Source: a virus. Taken from it: DNA of 64,000 nt. The notes beneath the pieces are model-generated. The model was not told the origin of the DNA, ran no database searches, and saw only the letters and a list, made by a program, of their open reading frames with translations. This document shows, one piece after another, positions 36,317 through 45,795 of this stretch (positions are counted from its first letter, which is position 1; each line of letters begins with the position of its first letter). The translations under genes were made by a program, and so were the position numbers. The stretch lies in IMG/VR virus record IMGVR_UViG_3300043411_000610, positions 1 through 64,000 of that record. One strand, 5' to 3'.

Positions 36317-36838
36317 TTATTTTAGCGGTAAAGATTCTTCCTCAACCTTCTCAATTCTAACTCCATAAGAATTAAAATACGACAATAGATAATTAAAACA
36401 AAATCTTGACAATCTATCTTTATGCTCGATTAAAACAACATCAATTTCTTTCTTTTCAATCAATTCAAATAGTTTTTGTAATTTCTTTCGATTGTCGTTC
36501 ATTCCCGAACCTACTTCGTCAAAAACAGCAACAATAGAATAACCGCGTTTTAGTGCCTCTGTAGTCATTCTACCAACTTGTCTTTCTAAATCACCTTTGG
36601 TCTTCTGTTCGTGCGAGCTAACGCGACAATAGATGCCTACACGCTTACCACTAGACTCTTTAACGGGTTCTACATAAATTCCCGCCAACTTCTCAATATC
36701 TGCTCTATAATAGCGTCTATGACCGCCCTCTGTATGAAATGGTGTTAATTTACCTTCTCGTTCCCAATTTCTAAGAGTTTCATCGGAAACGCCAAGAATG
36801 GATGCAGCATCGCTAATTGATAGAATCTTTTTATTCAT
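36317..36838 (-). CDS. tnpA: IS607-family transposase TnpA (MerR-like HTH plus serine recombinase), C-terminally truncated
   Basis: AA..LGVS..TLR-x-W..G..T-x-GGHRRY; YCRVSS..Q..DLERQ; EVGSGMN..R; HKDRLSRF; lacks terminal helix; start at ATG 36838. Confidence 0.9.
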   Translation of the reverse strand: MNKKILSISDAASILGVSDETLRNWEREGKLTPFHTEGGHRRYYRADIEKLAGIYVEPVKESSGKRVGIYCRVSSHEQKTKGDLERQVGRMTTEALKRGYSIVAVFDEVGSGMNDNRKKLQKLFELIEKKEIDVVLIEHKDRLSRFCFNYLLSYFNSYGVRIEKVEEESLPLK

Positions 36839-37808
36839 TTTTAAATTTTTGGGGTAAAGAAGAAAAAATATGAGCAATAACATCTACTGTCCAGCCATTA
36901 CCGATACATTTATACCTTTGTGTTTTATTAATATTGTTCGTATAACCATGCGGCAATGTTTGTAATTCTTCGCACTCCTCTGGCGTTAAAGTTCTATATT
37001 GTTCATTTTCAATTACAATGATTCCACCTGTAGCTGACCAACAATTTGAATTACTGGTTAAAGTTGGAGTTTTCTCAATATGGACTTTATCGTTATACCA
37101 ACTATAGACTAAACCCGTTTTGTTGTTTTTTCGTTCGTTGACTCTACTTTTGGCATATTCGGATAGCTCATAATTTTCAATAACTTTGTGCTTTGTGCCC
37201 GGCGATTGCGCCGCCAAAGTGGGATACTTTCTTTCTAAAGGAATAGATTCTGTCATGTATCCGTGTGGTAAACGATATAACACCTTGTCTAAAAATATAT
37301 TTTTATCTGCTGGCGCAGAAACATTCGAGATATTTGTCCAATAAAGCCGTTTTCTATTTTGAGCAGAAACAAGAGAAGAATTTATTTCAATCGGTTGAAC
37401 CCCGAGATCATTGGAAACGATATCCTGATATTCTTTTTTCATCTTTACGTTTTCTAAAAAGAAATATTCAGGTTCAAAATGTTTGACTGCTTTAATAAAT
37501 TCAAAATATAATTTACTTTGAGGGTCTTCAAAATTTAAACCCTTGCCCGCTCTAGAAAAACCCGTGCAAGGTGAGCCACCTACGATAAGGTGAATTTTGG
37601 GTAAGTCCCAAGACTCCCAACCCAATACACTTCCTAGTTGGATAGTGTTTGGATAATTTTTCTCTGCCACCGATATCGCGTGTTTGTCAATCTCACTAGC
37701 AAAATAATTATCTACTTTAATTCCTGCGCGTTGTAACGCGATTTGGCCACACGAAATTCCATCAAACAAACTTAATACGTTAATTCCTTTATTAATCTTT
37801 TTATCCAT
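36831..37808 (-). CDS. DNA (cytosine-5) methyltransferase
   Basis: LSLFDGISCG, GGSPC, FLENV, QNRKRLYW, ECE-x-LQT, GNGW. Confidence 0.95.
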   Translation of the reverse strand: MDKKINKGINVLSLFDGISCGQIALQRAGIKVDNYFASEIDKHAISVAEKNYPNTIQLGSVLGWESWDLPKIHLIVGGSPCTGFSRAGKGLNFEDPQSKLYFEFIKAVKHFEPEYFFLENVKMKKEYQDIVSNDLGVQPIEINSSLVSAQNRKRLYWTNISNVSAPADKNIFLDKVLYRLPHGYMTESIPLERKYPTLAAQSPGTKHKVIENYELSEYAKSRVNERKNNKTGLVYSWYNDKVHIEKTPTLTSNSNCWSATGGIIVIENEQYRTLTPEECEELQTLPHGYTNNINKTQRYKCIGNGWTVDVIAHIFSSLPQKFKNE

Positions 37809-37983
37809 TTTTATCTATCAATCCTTTCTGTTGAAAAAGTCTGAACCATTCGTCATAGATTCGTTGAAATTCTTCGACTGTTGGAACTTCGTCTAATTCA
37901 AACGGAATATCATGGATAACTCCATCATCGGTTTCAAATTCTGTTGTTGTAACTCTTGTAATCATTTTTGGTTGTGCCTTCAT
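37801..37983 (-). CDS. Small hypothetical protein at island end
   Basis: ORF with TATAAATA upstream. Confidence 0.7.
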   Translation of the reverse strand: MKAQPKMITRVTTTEFETDDGVIHDIPFELDEVPTVEEFQRIYDEWFRLFQQKGLIDKNG

Positions 37984-38075
37984 ATTCTATTTATACTTAA
38001 AGGTAAACTTTTTCTAAAATAAGTCAAACTATTTTTAGACTTATTTAGATTCTTGAGAATTACAGACTACTGCTG

Positions 38076-38318
38076 TCAACCCCATTCCATCAAAAATTCA
38101 TACATTTCTGCCTGAGATTCCATACCAAGGTCTTCACCGTTCCAGAATACTATGATCGGGCCTCTAAATTTATTGAGAAGGTCCACATAATCGTGCATAA
38201 TATGCTTGCACGCATTTATGTATGACGGTTGTATGTCAATCGAAATCAGGGCCGTATTTGAATTTGATTCGGTTAGATAAAAATGCTGTTTAAAAGATAA
38301 CACTCTGATATTTAACAA
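38076..38318 (-). pseudogene. Probably truncated gene (isochorismatase-like IDIQP start) at island junction
   Basis: ALISIDIQP..FWNG, stops at EWG* immediately before island end. Confidence 0.45.
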
Positions 38319-39442
38319 AAATCCTCTCTATGGAAATAAAAATATAATGCGCCTTGAGATAAAAATAATATGACAATGAAAGTTATCCAGTGGTGAACCT
38401 GGGGTTCAACTGTTAGATATGCGAAATCTTCCGTAAATTCTCTCTTTTTGTAATTGTCCATGATTTCTTTTTCAATCAGAGGAAGGATAGCATCGTCCAA
38501 TTTATTTTGAAGGATTAGTGTCTCAATGTTACGTTTACATATATCGCTTTCACTCCACCCAAAGACTTTACACCAATTTGGTCCTTTACATATAACCAGA
38601 TCATTTTTCTTTCCGCCCATCCATTTAGATTTTTGCCATTCTGCGAGCATGGTATCAGACGAGTCAAATCCAACAAAGATCACATTCAATCTTTTAATTG
38701 GCCCAAGTCTGGCACACATTTCATCCCATTTACGAATAGATAAATGTTTTGGTGCATTGCCAAGTAATCTATTTGATATCCATGCATTCTGATTTCCTGG
38801 ATACTCAAAAACAGCCATTTCTTTTGGAACTTCCAAGAAATTGAAAATGCTGGGAGCAGCTTTGATGCGATTCTCAAAATATTTAACGGATGTAATAGGC
38901 TCTACAAAATCAGATGTTAGGATCGTTAAGTAGTCTTTAGGATCACCTGCAATCATACGCGATGCATGTTCTGATGTAGTGCGGTCCCCTTTAATTGATC
39001 TCTCATTACCAAAAATCTTCACAAAATAATTATACCGGGCTTTGGTGATACTATATGTAGTATCAATGTTAGAATATGCTTCCCAATGTTCAGAATGCCA
39101 TCGAGTGGTGGGTTCCCAATGATCAAATACTTGATAGGAACCACTAACTTTACCATCCGAATCATAGGTGTATTCAGTTCTATAGACCGCATATTCATAA
39201 TATTCCTTCCATGCAGGAAAGAAACGTGCCTGAACGATTTTACCACTCCACGTCTCATAGTCTCCAACTTGTCCGTAGTGAGCCCACATATGGATTGGAA
39301 AGGCGATCAAGAATGCACACCCACTGGCAATTCCCCATTCTTTGAGCGAGACAGAATTGTGACACCCTTTATTGTTGGTGAATAGGAATATAATAAATCC
39401 AATGGTGATCGGTAGAAGACAGAAGATATAGAGTAGATACAT
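38312..39442 (-). CDS. Membrane-anchored conserved phage protein (TPM-like partner of LemA-like gene)
   Basis: N- and C-terminal TM segments; W-x-GGKKNDLV motif. Confidence 0.7.
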   Translation of the reverse strand: MYLLYIFCLLPITIGFIIFLFTNNKGCHNSVSLKEWGIASGCAFLIAFPIHMWAHYGQVGDYETWSGKIVQARFFPAWKEYYEYAVYRTEYTYDSDGKVSGSYQVFDHWEPTTRWHSEHWEAYSNIDTTYSITKARYNYFVKIFGNERSIKGDRTTSEHASRMIAGDPKDYLTILTSDFVEPITSVKYFENRIKAAPSIFNFLEVPKEMAVFEYPGNQNAWISNRLLGNAPKHLSIRKWDEMCARLGPIKRLNVIFVGFDSSDTMLAEWQKSKWMGGKKNDLVICKGPNWCKVFGWSESDICKRNIETLILQNKLDDAILPLIEKEIMDNYKKREFTEDFAYLTVEPQVHHWITFIVILFLSQGALYFYFHREDFC

Positions 39443-39452
39443 ATTTTAAAGA

Positions 39453-39485
39453 AAAGCAGTGTAGAATTCAATTCTACACTGCTTT
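39453..39485 (-). terminator. Intrinsic terminator
   Basis: AAAGCAGTGTAGAATT/AATTCTACACTGCTTT inverted repeat followed by U-rich tract on minus strand. Confidence 0.8.
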
Positions 39486-39505
39486 GGTTAAATTGGCAAA
39501 TTATT

Positions 39506-40054
39506 TTACTTCTTAAACAACTCAAGGTCATCATCCTTATCACTTGAAAAAACTTCGGTGGTTCTGGTTGATGTGATGACCTTTGGATCAATTTTTTGGA
39601 ACCCCATTAGTGGTAGAATAAAATTACCTGGAATAACGGATAGTCGTTGATTATATTGTTCGGCAATAGATACCAATTCAGATTGCTTCATAGTCCATGA
39701 ATCGCGGGACCCTGTAATGATATTCATTAGCTGATCATAGATCTTTAGATCGGCATTAGGAACCGCTTCTTTAATCCAAGTCATCATCTGATTTGATGAT
39801 CCAGACGAACGAGAACTTGCATAACCTTGGTAGATTTCTTTAAATGCATTTTTCTTTTCGTTCGGAATCTGGCTAGCTTGTTGAATCTTTTTGAACATAT
39901 TATCAAATTCTGATTCATTTGCTTTAATCTTCATCTCATATGTATTCCTTAGAGTTGCCGCTCCATTGTATGAGCCAATAAGGGCCAGACCGAAGCCAAG
40001 AGTTCCAAAGGCGAAAATTGCCAGTGCTGATAGTGTTAGTAGTGTTTTGTTCAT
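39506..40054 (-). CDS. LemA-like protein
   Basis: N-terminal TM, YN, helical body, YN....PG-x-F...GF; start moved to ATG 40054 behind promoter. Confidence 0.65.
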   Translation of the reverse strand: MNKTLLTLSALAIFAFGTLGFGLALIGSYNGAATLRNTYEMKIKANESEFDNMFKKIQQASQIPNEKKNAFKEIYQGYASSRSSGSSNQMMTWIKEAVPNADLKIYDQLMNIITGSRDSWTMKQSELVSIAEQYNQRLSVIPGNFILPLMGFQKIDPKVITSTRTTEVFSSDKDDDLELFKK

Positions 40055-40226
40055 AGGATTGTAATATAGTGTATTTTTAGCTGTTGTCAATAAAATTTAA
40101 TGAAAATATTCAGTTTGTAGTTTACCGCAATGTTGACACTGAGAAATAAATTGTGCTTTACCACAAATTTTCTTAGTCTCAAATATTTTCCATTTATGCA
40201 GATGTGAATCACCAGTGAATAGAAAT

Positions 40227-40463
40227 CTAAGTAGTCGAAGCAATAGATCTCTCAACATCTGACATTTCTTCTCGTCGATTAATCATATCCATCAACATCT
40301 CACATACTTGCCAGACATCGTGTTCTGAATTTCTTAATGATTCAATTAGTTTTGTGTTCTGTGGTTCAACGATTTCAAGTGTTGAAATTGCTTGATGAAT
40401 ATCTACACGATCCAATAATAGATTTTGTAAACCAGTTTTAAGAGCATTTAAGGAAGGTATCAT
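40227..40463 (-). CDS. Hypothetical protein
   Basis: ATGA overlap with coaC. Confidence 0.65.
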   Translation of the reverse strand: MIPSLNALKTGLQNLLLDRVDIHQAISTLEIVEPQNTKLIESLRNSEHDVWQVCEMLMDMINRREEMSDVERSIASTT

Positions 40464-40984
40464 ATTATTTTAATTATATCATCAATGTGTGCCATTGCGC
40501 CAATGCCAACATCACCGCAATACAGTTTCTTTTCTATTGGAGGCACAATAATATAACCCCATTTGCTTAATGTGTCAAGGTGATTTTTAGTTGCCGGATG
40601 AGTATACATCAGGGTATTCATACTTGGTGCAATTATTATTTTTTTATTGAAATCCCATGCTCGTGCCACACAAGTAAGAAGATTATCACATATACCATTG
40701 GCTAATTTAGCTAATGTATTTGCACTACACGGAGCAATAATAAACACATCCGCCCATTTCACTAATTCAATATGAAGAACCTGCTGAATATGTTTATATA
40801 GTGCCCATTCATCTTCATCAAATCTAGCATTTGCGCGACTTAAATCGGTGATTTTGCGCGAGGACTCAGTGCAAACATATATATGATTATAATTAGATTC
40901 TCTTTTGAGTCTATTATAATTATCGTTTATTTTAGGATAAAGGGTGGCAGCAACACTACCGGTTAGACCATGTAGAATATTCAT
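40460..40984 (-). CDS. coaC: Phosphopantothenoylcysteine decarboxylase (HFCD flavoprotein)
   Basis: TGSVAA, LHIEL..WAD, AP-x-SANTLAK, DNLLT, PSMN, CGD-x-G-x-GAM. Confidence 0.92.
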   Translation of the reverse strand: MNILHGLTGSVAATLYPKINDNYNRLKRESNYNHIYVCTESSRKITDLSRANARFDEDEWALYKHIQQVLHIELVKWADVFIIAPCSANTLAKLANGICDNLLTCVARAWDFNKKIIIAPSMNTLMYTHPATKNHLDTLSKWGYIIVPPIEKKLYCGDVGIGAMAHIDDIIKII

Positions 40985-41597
40985 CTTTGATTAATTTGAC
41001 TAGTTCTTCTGCACTATTTGCTTGTCTGAAATTCATTTTTTTATCAAAAAGAAGTCGGATGATGTTACCTTTACGGATTTCTGAAAGATCATTATAAACC
41101 ACATAATCTGCTCCATTGTTAAGAACTTTTTGAACGGCTTTATTAACGTCTTGATATGCAGGACTGACTAGGAGTTTAAAACCGACTACCATAGATGAAG
41201 GACTAGCTTTTTTAAATTCTGGCAACACCTTCTTCGCTTTTTTTAGACTAATAATCAATTCATCTTTATCAGAGGAAATTTTACCTTCAGTTTTATCCAT
41301 GATATAATCCGAAACGGCAGCAGCACTGATGATAATATCAGGTTTTGAACCTTTGATAAGATTTATTGACTTATCAAAGTATTCATCATAATTATCATAG
41401 ATATAATCATTGAATCTAGATGCTGTCATATTATTAGGGTATCTGGAACCTTTGGCTGACAGAAATTGAACTTGGTCGTGATCTTTGTCAAATGCTTCTG
41501 CCAATTCAGCACCATATCTGCCACTAGACATATTTCCTATAAATCGAACGGAATCAATTGGAACTTTTGTTCCTCCACTTGTTATAAAAATTTTCAT
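40956..41597 (-). CDS. coaB: Phosphopantothenate-cysteine ligase
   Basis: ITSGGT..ID-x-VR-x-I-x-N-x-SSG, AAVSDY, KISS, VGFKL. Confidence 0.92.
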   Translation of the reverse strand: MKIFITSGGTKVPIDSVRFIGNMSSGRYGAELAEAFDKDHDQVQFLSAKGSRYPNNMTASRFNDYIYDNYDEYFDKSINLIKGSKPDIIISAAAVSDYIMDKTEGKISSDKDELIISLKKAKKVLPEFKKASPSSMVVGFKLLVSPAYQDVNKAVQKVLNNGADYVVYNDLSEIRKGNIIRLLFDKKMNFRQANSAEELVKLIKDEYSTWSNR

Positions 41598-42139
41598 ACG
41601 GTTAATAATTTTACTGGTTGTCTTTTTTTCGTTAAAATTGAAACTAATTCGTTGGTTGGATCTTGAAGATATTTCGGTCTAGATTCTCTGGTTCCCCATG
41701 AACTCCATCCGGTAGAAGGATCATAAGTATTATTCCATCGCTCTAAATGTAACATAGTAACACTATGTTCAGGAATATCTGGTCTGAATTTATATTCAGG
41801 TAAAACCGGCACCAATTCTCCAATTTTATCACCACTTGTAATAATATCACCCGCTTTTAATGGACTAGTCAATTCTCCGTATACATAGTAACCATCGTCG
41901 TCTTTTACCAGAACTGCATTTGTTGGCAACCACCAAGGATGACCTTCTGATGGACCAGTGAAGGGTAGATTGCTTATTACCACTCCAGAACGAATAGCAT
42001 ATACCCAATCTCCCGGTTTTCCATAAAGATCAATACCTTCATGAAAATTATGTTTTCTGGCACAACCAAATGCCCCCGGATGAGAATTAATTGGAATACC
42101 TCGGAGTTTTTCGAAATTTATAGGAAACCATGTTATCAT
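41594..42139 (-). CDS. M23 family peptidase
   Basis: HEGID, V-x-A..G-x-V, YG-x-L, LHLE. Confidence 0.8.
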   Translation of the reverse strand: MITWFPINFEKLRGIPINSHPGAFGCARKHNFHEGIDLYGKPGDWVYAIRSGVVISNLPFTGPSEGHPWWLPTNAVLVKDDDGYYVYGELTSPLKAGDIITSGDKIGELVPVLPEYKFRPDIPEHSVTMLHLERWNNTYDPSTGWSSWGTRESRPKYLQDPTNELVSILTKKRQPVKLLTV

Positions 42140-42406
42140 TTTTGTTTTTTAGTATATTTTCTCTTTTTTCTAATCGGAATATAAAGTCTTTCATTAAAAG
42201 ACACTTTGAGATAATGGAACGGAAAACTGATGTGACCATCAATATCAGTCCATTCATATAATTTTTGCATTTCTTCAATTTGATCAGGTGGATATTGAAG
42301 GAAACCATCAGGTTCTTTATTCATCGTTTTCACATGCTGCCATATTCATAATGACCTGATGCTTTTGATCAAGTAAATTGAAAAATTCTTTATTATCGTT
42401 CATAAT

Positions 42407-42826
42407 TTATTTCTTCCATTGTGCCAATAGTTTTCCGTCCTGATCAAACATTTTAAAATATTCAAAACTGAAACCGCTAAAATTTATAGATGGTTCCATT
42501 GTTTGATGGTATATAACGGTTTTACCATTACTAAACTTGTTCACCGTCTCATATAGTTGTAATTCTCTTGGTTTTCCGTCCAGAATAAATATTATTCCGG
42601 TTGATGTATTCAGTGTTTGGGTGTGATCAATATCCACTATTTCAGATTTTACAGTTTTCCATTCAGTAGCATTTCCCACCATTGATAGAAATATATATGA
42701 AAACCATAAAAGGATTGCTGAACCTAAATATGCAAGCGGCTCTTTTGGCACATTCAATATCAGGGCTATTGCACCTGCAAAAATTAGTAGGGCAATACCA
42801 AATAGAATAGTTGAAAAGATCGTCAT
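42407..42826 (-). CDS. Membrane protein
   Basis: Two N-terminal TM segments. Confidence 0.65.
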   Translation of the reverse strand: MTIFSTILFGIALLIFAGAIALILNVPKEPLAYLGSAILLWFSYIFLSMVGNATEWKTVKSEIVDIDHTQTLNTSTGIIFILDGKPRELQLYETVNKFSNGKTVIYHQTMEPSINFSGFSFEYFKMFDQDGKLLAQWKK

Positions 42827-43299
42827 AGTTTTTGTTTAATATTTTGATACATTGTTCGACAGTGCGAATACTTTAACCGATCTTCTAGAATTGACAATGA
42901 CTTTTCGTAACTTCCTAATTCTAGGATTTCCACATCTTCAAAATACTTGACTCCCCATTTATTCATCTGAGTTCTAGTAGGTTTATATATGTCAATCACT
43001 GGTAATCCGTTACGGTTGATCATCAGGGCCGATCCATAATCTTCGATTATTAATATATTTCCCGCAATTTTTATCTTGGTTCCAACCGGTAGCCAATCCC
43101 AACGTGCAGCAGCAACCCCAGGTTTTAGCCGTGTATTACTCGCAGTTTTATTTCCATACTTTATATGGTCTTTTTCTTTTGCAGTGTATGCAGTTGTTGC
43201 GACCGCAATCTTTTTACCTGTTTTTGGAATAACAGGTCGATGTAGTGTAGTGCAGTTACAGACGAACAGACATAGGATTAATAGATATATTTTTTGCAT
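42823..43299 (-). CDS. 3D-domain (MltA-like) cell-wall lytic protein, possible lipoprotein
   Basis: TTAYT, TAS, LP-x-GT-x-I, EDYG, IDIY..WG; first of the three Asp appears as Arg (AAARW). Confidence 0.8.
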   Translation of the reverse strand: MQKIYLLILCLFVCNCTTLHRPVIPKTGKKIAVATTAYTAKEKDHIKYGNKTASNTRLKPGVAAARWDWLPVGTKIKIAGNILIIEDYGSALMINRNGLPVIDIYKPTRTQMNKWGVKYFEDVEILELGSYEKSLSILEDRLKYSHCRTMYQNIKQKL

Positions 43300-43342
43300 C
43301 TATTAACTTAGCCTGAAACGCACCGAATGTCAAGTTCTAATT

Positions 43343-44335
43343 TTATTTCCAAAATATAAATCGTTTCCACCAAGGCTCTTTTTTGATCACCGGTTTTTCT
43401 ACCGATTGTAGAGTTTGAAATAATTTTTTAGGACTGATAATCCCCCAACCAAATTCCTCATCGAATCCATCTTTACCCACATCTTTACAATTTTTTAGAA
43501 TTGCCTCTTTAACTGACTGTGCAGTATATGGAATACCATTCTTTTTAAGATATGAGATGTATAGTGCCAATATGGCTGAAACAGCGGGTGCCGCTTGGGA
43601 ACTGCCGGACATTAATCCATATTGATTATTAAGATATGTTGATAATATTTGATCTCCTGGTGCCGCAATATCAATTTCTGGACCAACACTAGAGAATAGG
43701 GATTTACTAGTTATGGTTGTCGGAGAATATGATCCAACTGCAATGACCTGATCATAAACCGCAGGATATAATATGGATTTATCTGCCTTTTCTCCATTGT
43801 TGCCCGCACTACAAACCATGATAACACCTTGTTCATCAAGTTTTTTAATAACTTCATGTGCTTCAGGCATTGGATTTCTACCACCCAATGACATATTGAT
43901 AATATCAGGTTTGAGCGCAAGACAATATTCTAGTCCTTTTGTCACACTAGTGGTCGTGCTGAAACCACTATTAGACAAGACTTTTACACCAATCAATTTT
44001 GCTAATGGTGCATAGCCCACCACCCCATAGGTGTTGTTTTGACTTGCCAAGATTCCGCTAACATGTGTCTGATGCCCATTTTTATCTTCAAACTCGTTAT
44101 CAATAAATGACCGACATTTATCATACAGAATATTATCTTTCAAATCTTCGTGATATGGGATTCCACTGTCCATCACTATAACAGTAACACCTTCACCCTG
44201 AGTTTTTTTCCATACTTCTGGAATATCTAAATCAGTAATTCCCCAATTTGCAACCTGTGAAAGAGTTTCAATATCACCTATTTGATGAAGAGTATATGGA
44301 GGAAGTTGGCAATTATCATCTAATACGGATACCAT
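43343..44335 (-). CDS. Subtilisin-like S8 serine protease
   Basis: DSG, H-x-THV-x-G, SAGN, SG-x-S-x-AAP catalytic motifs. Confidence 0.93.
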   Translation of the reverse strand: MVSVLDDNCQLPPYTLHQIGDIETLSQVANWGITDLDIPEVWKKTQGEGVTVIVMDSGIPYHEDLKDNILYDKCRSFIDNEFEDKNGHQTHVSGILASQNNTYGVVGYAPLAKLIGVKVLSNSGFSTTTSVTKGLEYCLALKPDIINMSLGGRNPMPEAHEVIKKLDEQGVIMVCSAGNNGEKADKSILYPAVYDQVIAVGSYSPTTITSKSLFSSVGPEIDIAAPGDQILSTYLNNQYGLMSGSSQAAPAVSAILALYISYLKKNGIPYTAQSVKEAILKNCKDVGKDGFDEEFGWGIISPKKLFQTLQSVEKPVIKKEPWWKRFIFWK

Positions 44336-44344
44336 TCATAATAT

Positions 44345-45191
44345 TTATGAATTATTCAAAAATGACAGAATGTGTGCAATAATATCAACTGTCCATCCGT
44401 TACCTAAACACTTTTTACGTTGCGATTCAGAAATACTAGAAGTGTAATTTTCTGGAACTGTTTGTGATTTTTCCCACTCTAATGCGGTCAACCATCTGAA
44501 TCTATTCCCATACCATATTTTAGGTGCATTCATTCCCATTTGTGCCATTAAGCACTGAACCTTTCCGTCTAGTGGTTCTATCCGATAATAATCATTTCGC
44601 ACATATTCATGGTTGTGCCATTTAGTCATTTGTGCATCAGACCAATATGAATATGAAGATTCATTACTATCCAAAATATCAGCCAATATGATTTTTTTAT
44701 CTTCTGGTTGAACTACATTAGGAATATTTGTCCAGTATAGACGTTTGCGATTTTGTGCAGAAACTAGATTACTGTTGATTTTTATAGGCTTAACACCAAG
44801 TATATCACTGATAACATTTTCATATTCCTTTTTCATATTCCTTTTTCATTCCAACATTTTCAAGCAGGAAATATTTTGGTTTATAATGTTTCAGAATATC
44901 AACAAATTCAAAAAATAATTTACTTCTAATATCTTCAAAGTTCAATTGTTTGCCAGAAAGGCTGAAGCCTTGGCATGGACTTCCAGCAATCAAAAGATCA
45001 ATTTCTGGAAGATCCCATTCTCTCCACTTAGTAACATCACCTAGTCGAATAATAGCTGGATAATTTGCTTCTGATACTTTTATTGCATGACGATCAATTT
45101 CAGATGCATAATACGCATCAACCTTTATACCTGCACGCTCTAGTGCAATGCGCCCGCAAGAAATTCCATCAAATAGTGATAATATGTTCAT
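44345..45191 (-). pseudogene. DNA (cytosine-5) methyltransferase split into ORFs 44820..45191 and 44345..44836 by a 13-bp duplication
   Basis: Motifs I-VI in first ORF, VIII-X in second; ATGAAAAAGGAAT twice at the junction. Confidence 0.9.
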
Positions 45192-45192
45192 T

Positions 45193-45795
45193 TTATTGTT
45201 TTTCTTTAATTAATTGAATAGTTTTAAAAAACCCAGCACCATCGGTCAAATTGTCTAATTTATGTTGATATTTTTCCCTACATGCTTTTAGACACACCAT
45301 CATCAATCCAACCTTTTCTGGTGGAATATCTGGTAAATCTAATAGCGTTCCCCACATACGACCGATATCTGTAAAATTATCTTTTGGATGCCCATAACTC
45401 TGTTGTCTAGGACCATTTACTAGCCTATCAGCTTCTTCCAAGATGTTTACTTTATAAGGTTGAAGATTTTCGTCATAAATCTGCATTTTTAATTCTTTTG
45501 CAATCTCAAATTCAAGACGAGCACCTGCCGAATTCTGCCATCCATCCAACATCACAATCGAATTACAACACAGTAACATGTCTAGAGCTTTTGTCAAATA
45601 CCATTCTCTTGTGTTTGTGCGTTCTTTCAGATCAAACAGTTCATCAATTCGTGCAGGATTGAGAATATTGATTGATGTAGTTTCAACATATGGCCAATTC
45701 GTGCGAATATGTTCCTCCACTGCAAAGAATGCAGGATAATTAAATTCTGGTAAGCCTTGCATTTTTCCACTTATGTAGATGTAGCTATTATTCAT
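45193..45795 (-). CDS. DUF4406 (nucleoside deoxyribosyltransferase-like) fused to DUF6378-like (MazG/dNTP pyrophosphatase-like) domain
   Basis: YISG-x-M-x-G..N-x-PAF, LNPA, W..S-x-GA-x-LE; ILEEA..V-x-G-x-R..YG-x-P..NF, DN..D-x-AG. Confidence 0.8.
   Translation of the reverse strand: MNNSYIYISGKMQGLPEFNYPAFFAVEEHIRTNWPYVETTSINILNPARIDELFDLKERTNTREWYLTKALDMLLCCNSIVMLDGWQNSAGARLEFEIAKELKMQIYDENLQPYKVNILEEADRLVNGPRQQSYGHPKDNFTDIGRMWGTLLDLPDIPPEKVGLMMVCLKACREKYQHKLDNLTDGAGFFKTIQLIKEKQ

Larger units (their letters stand above)
31737..38075 (-). mobile_element. DNA methyltransferase island with IS607-family TnpA and homing endonucleases
   Basis: Five MTases, tnpA, LAGLIDADG gene; inverted repeat at 38013-38049; flanking gene 38076..38318 appears cut. 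Confidence 0.6.
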
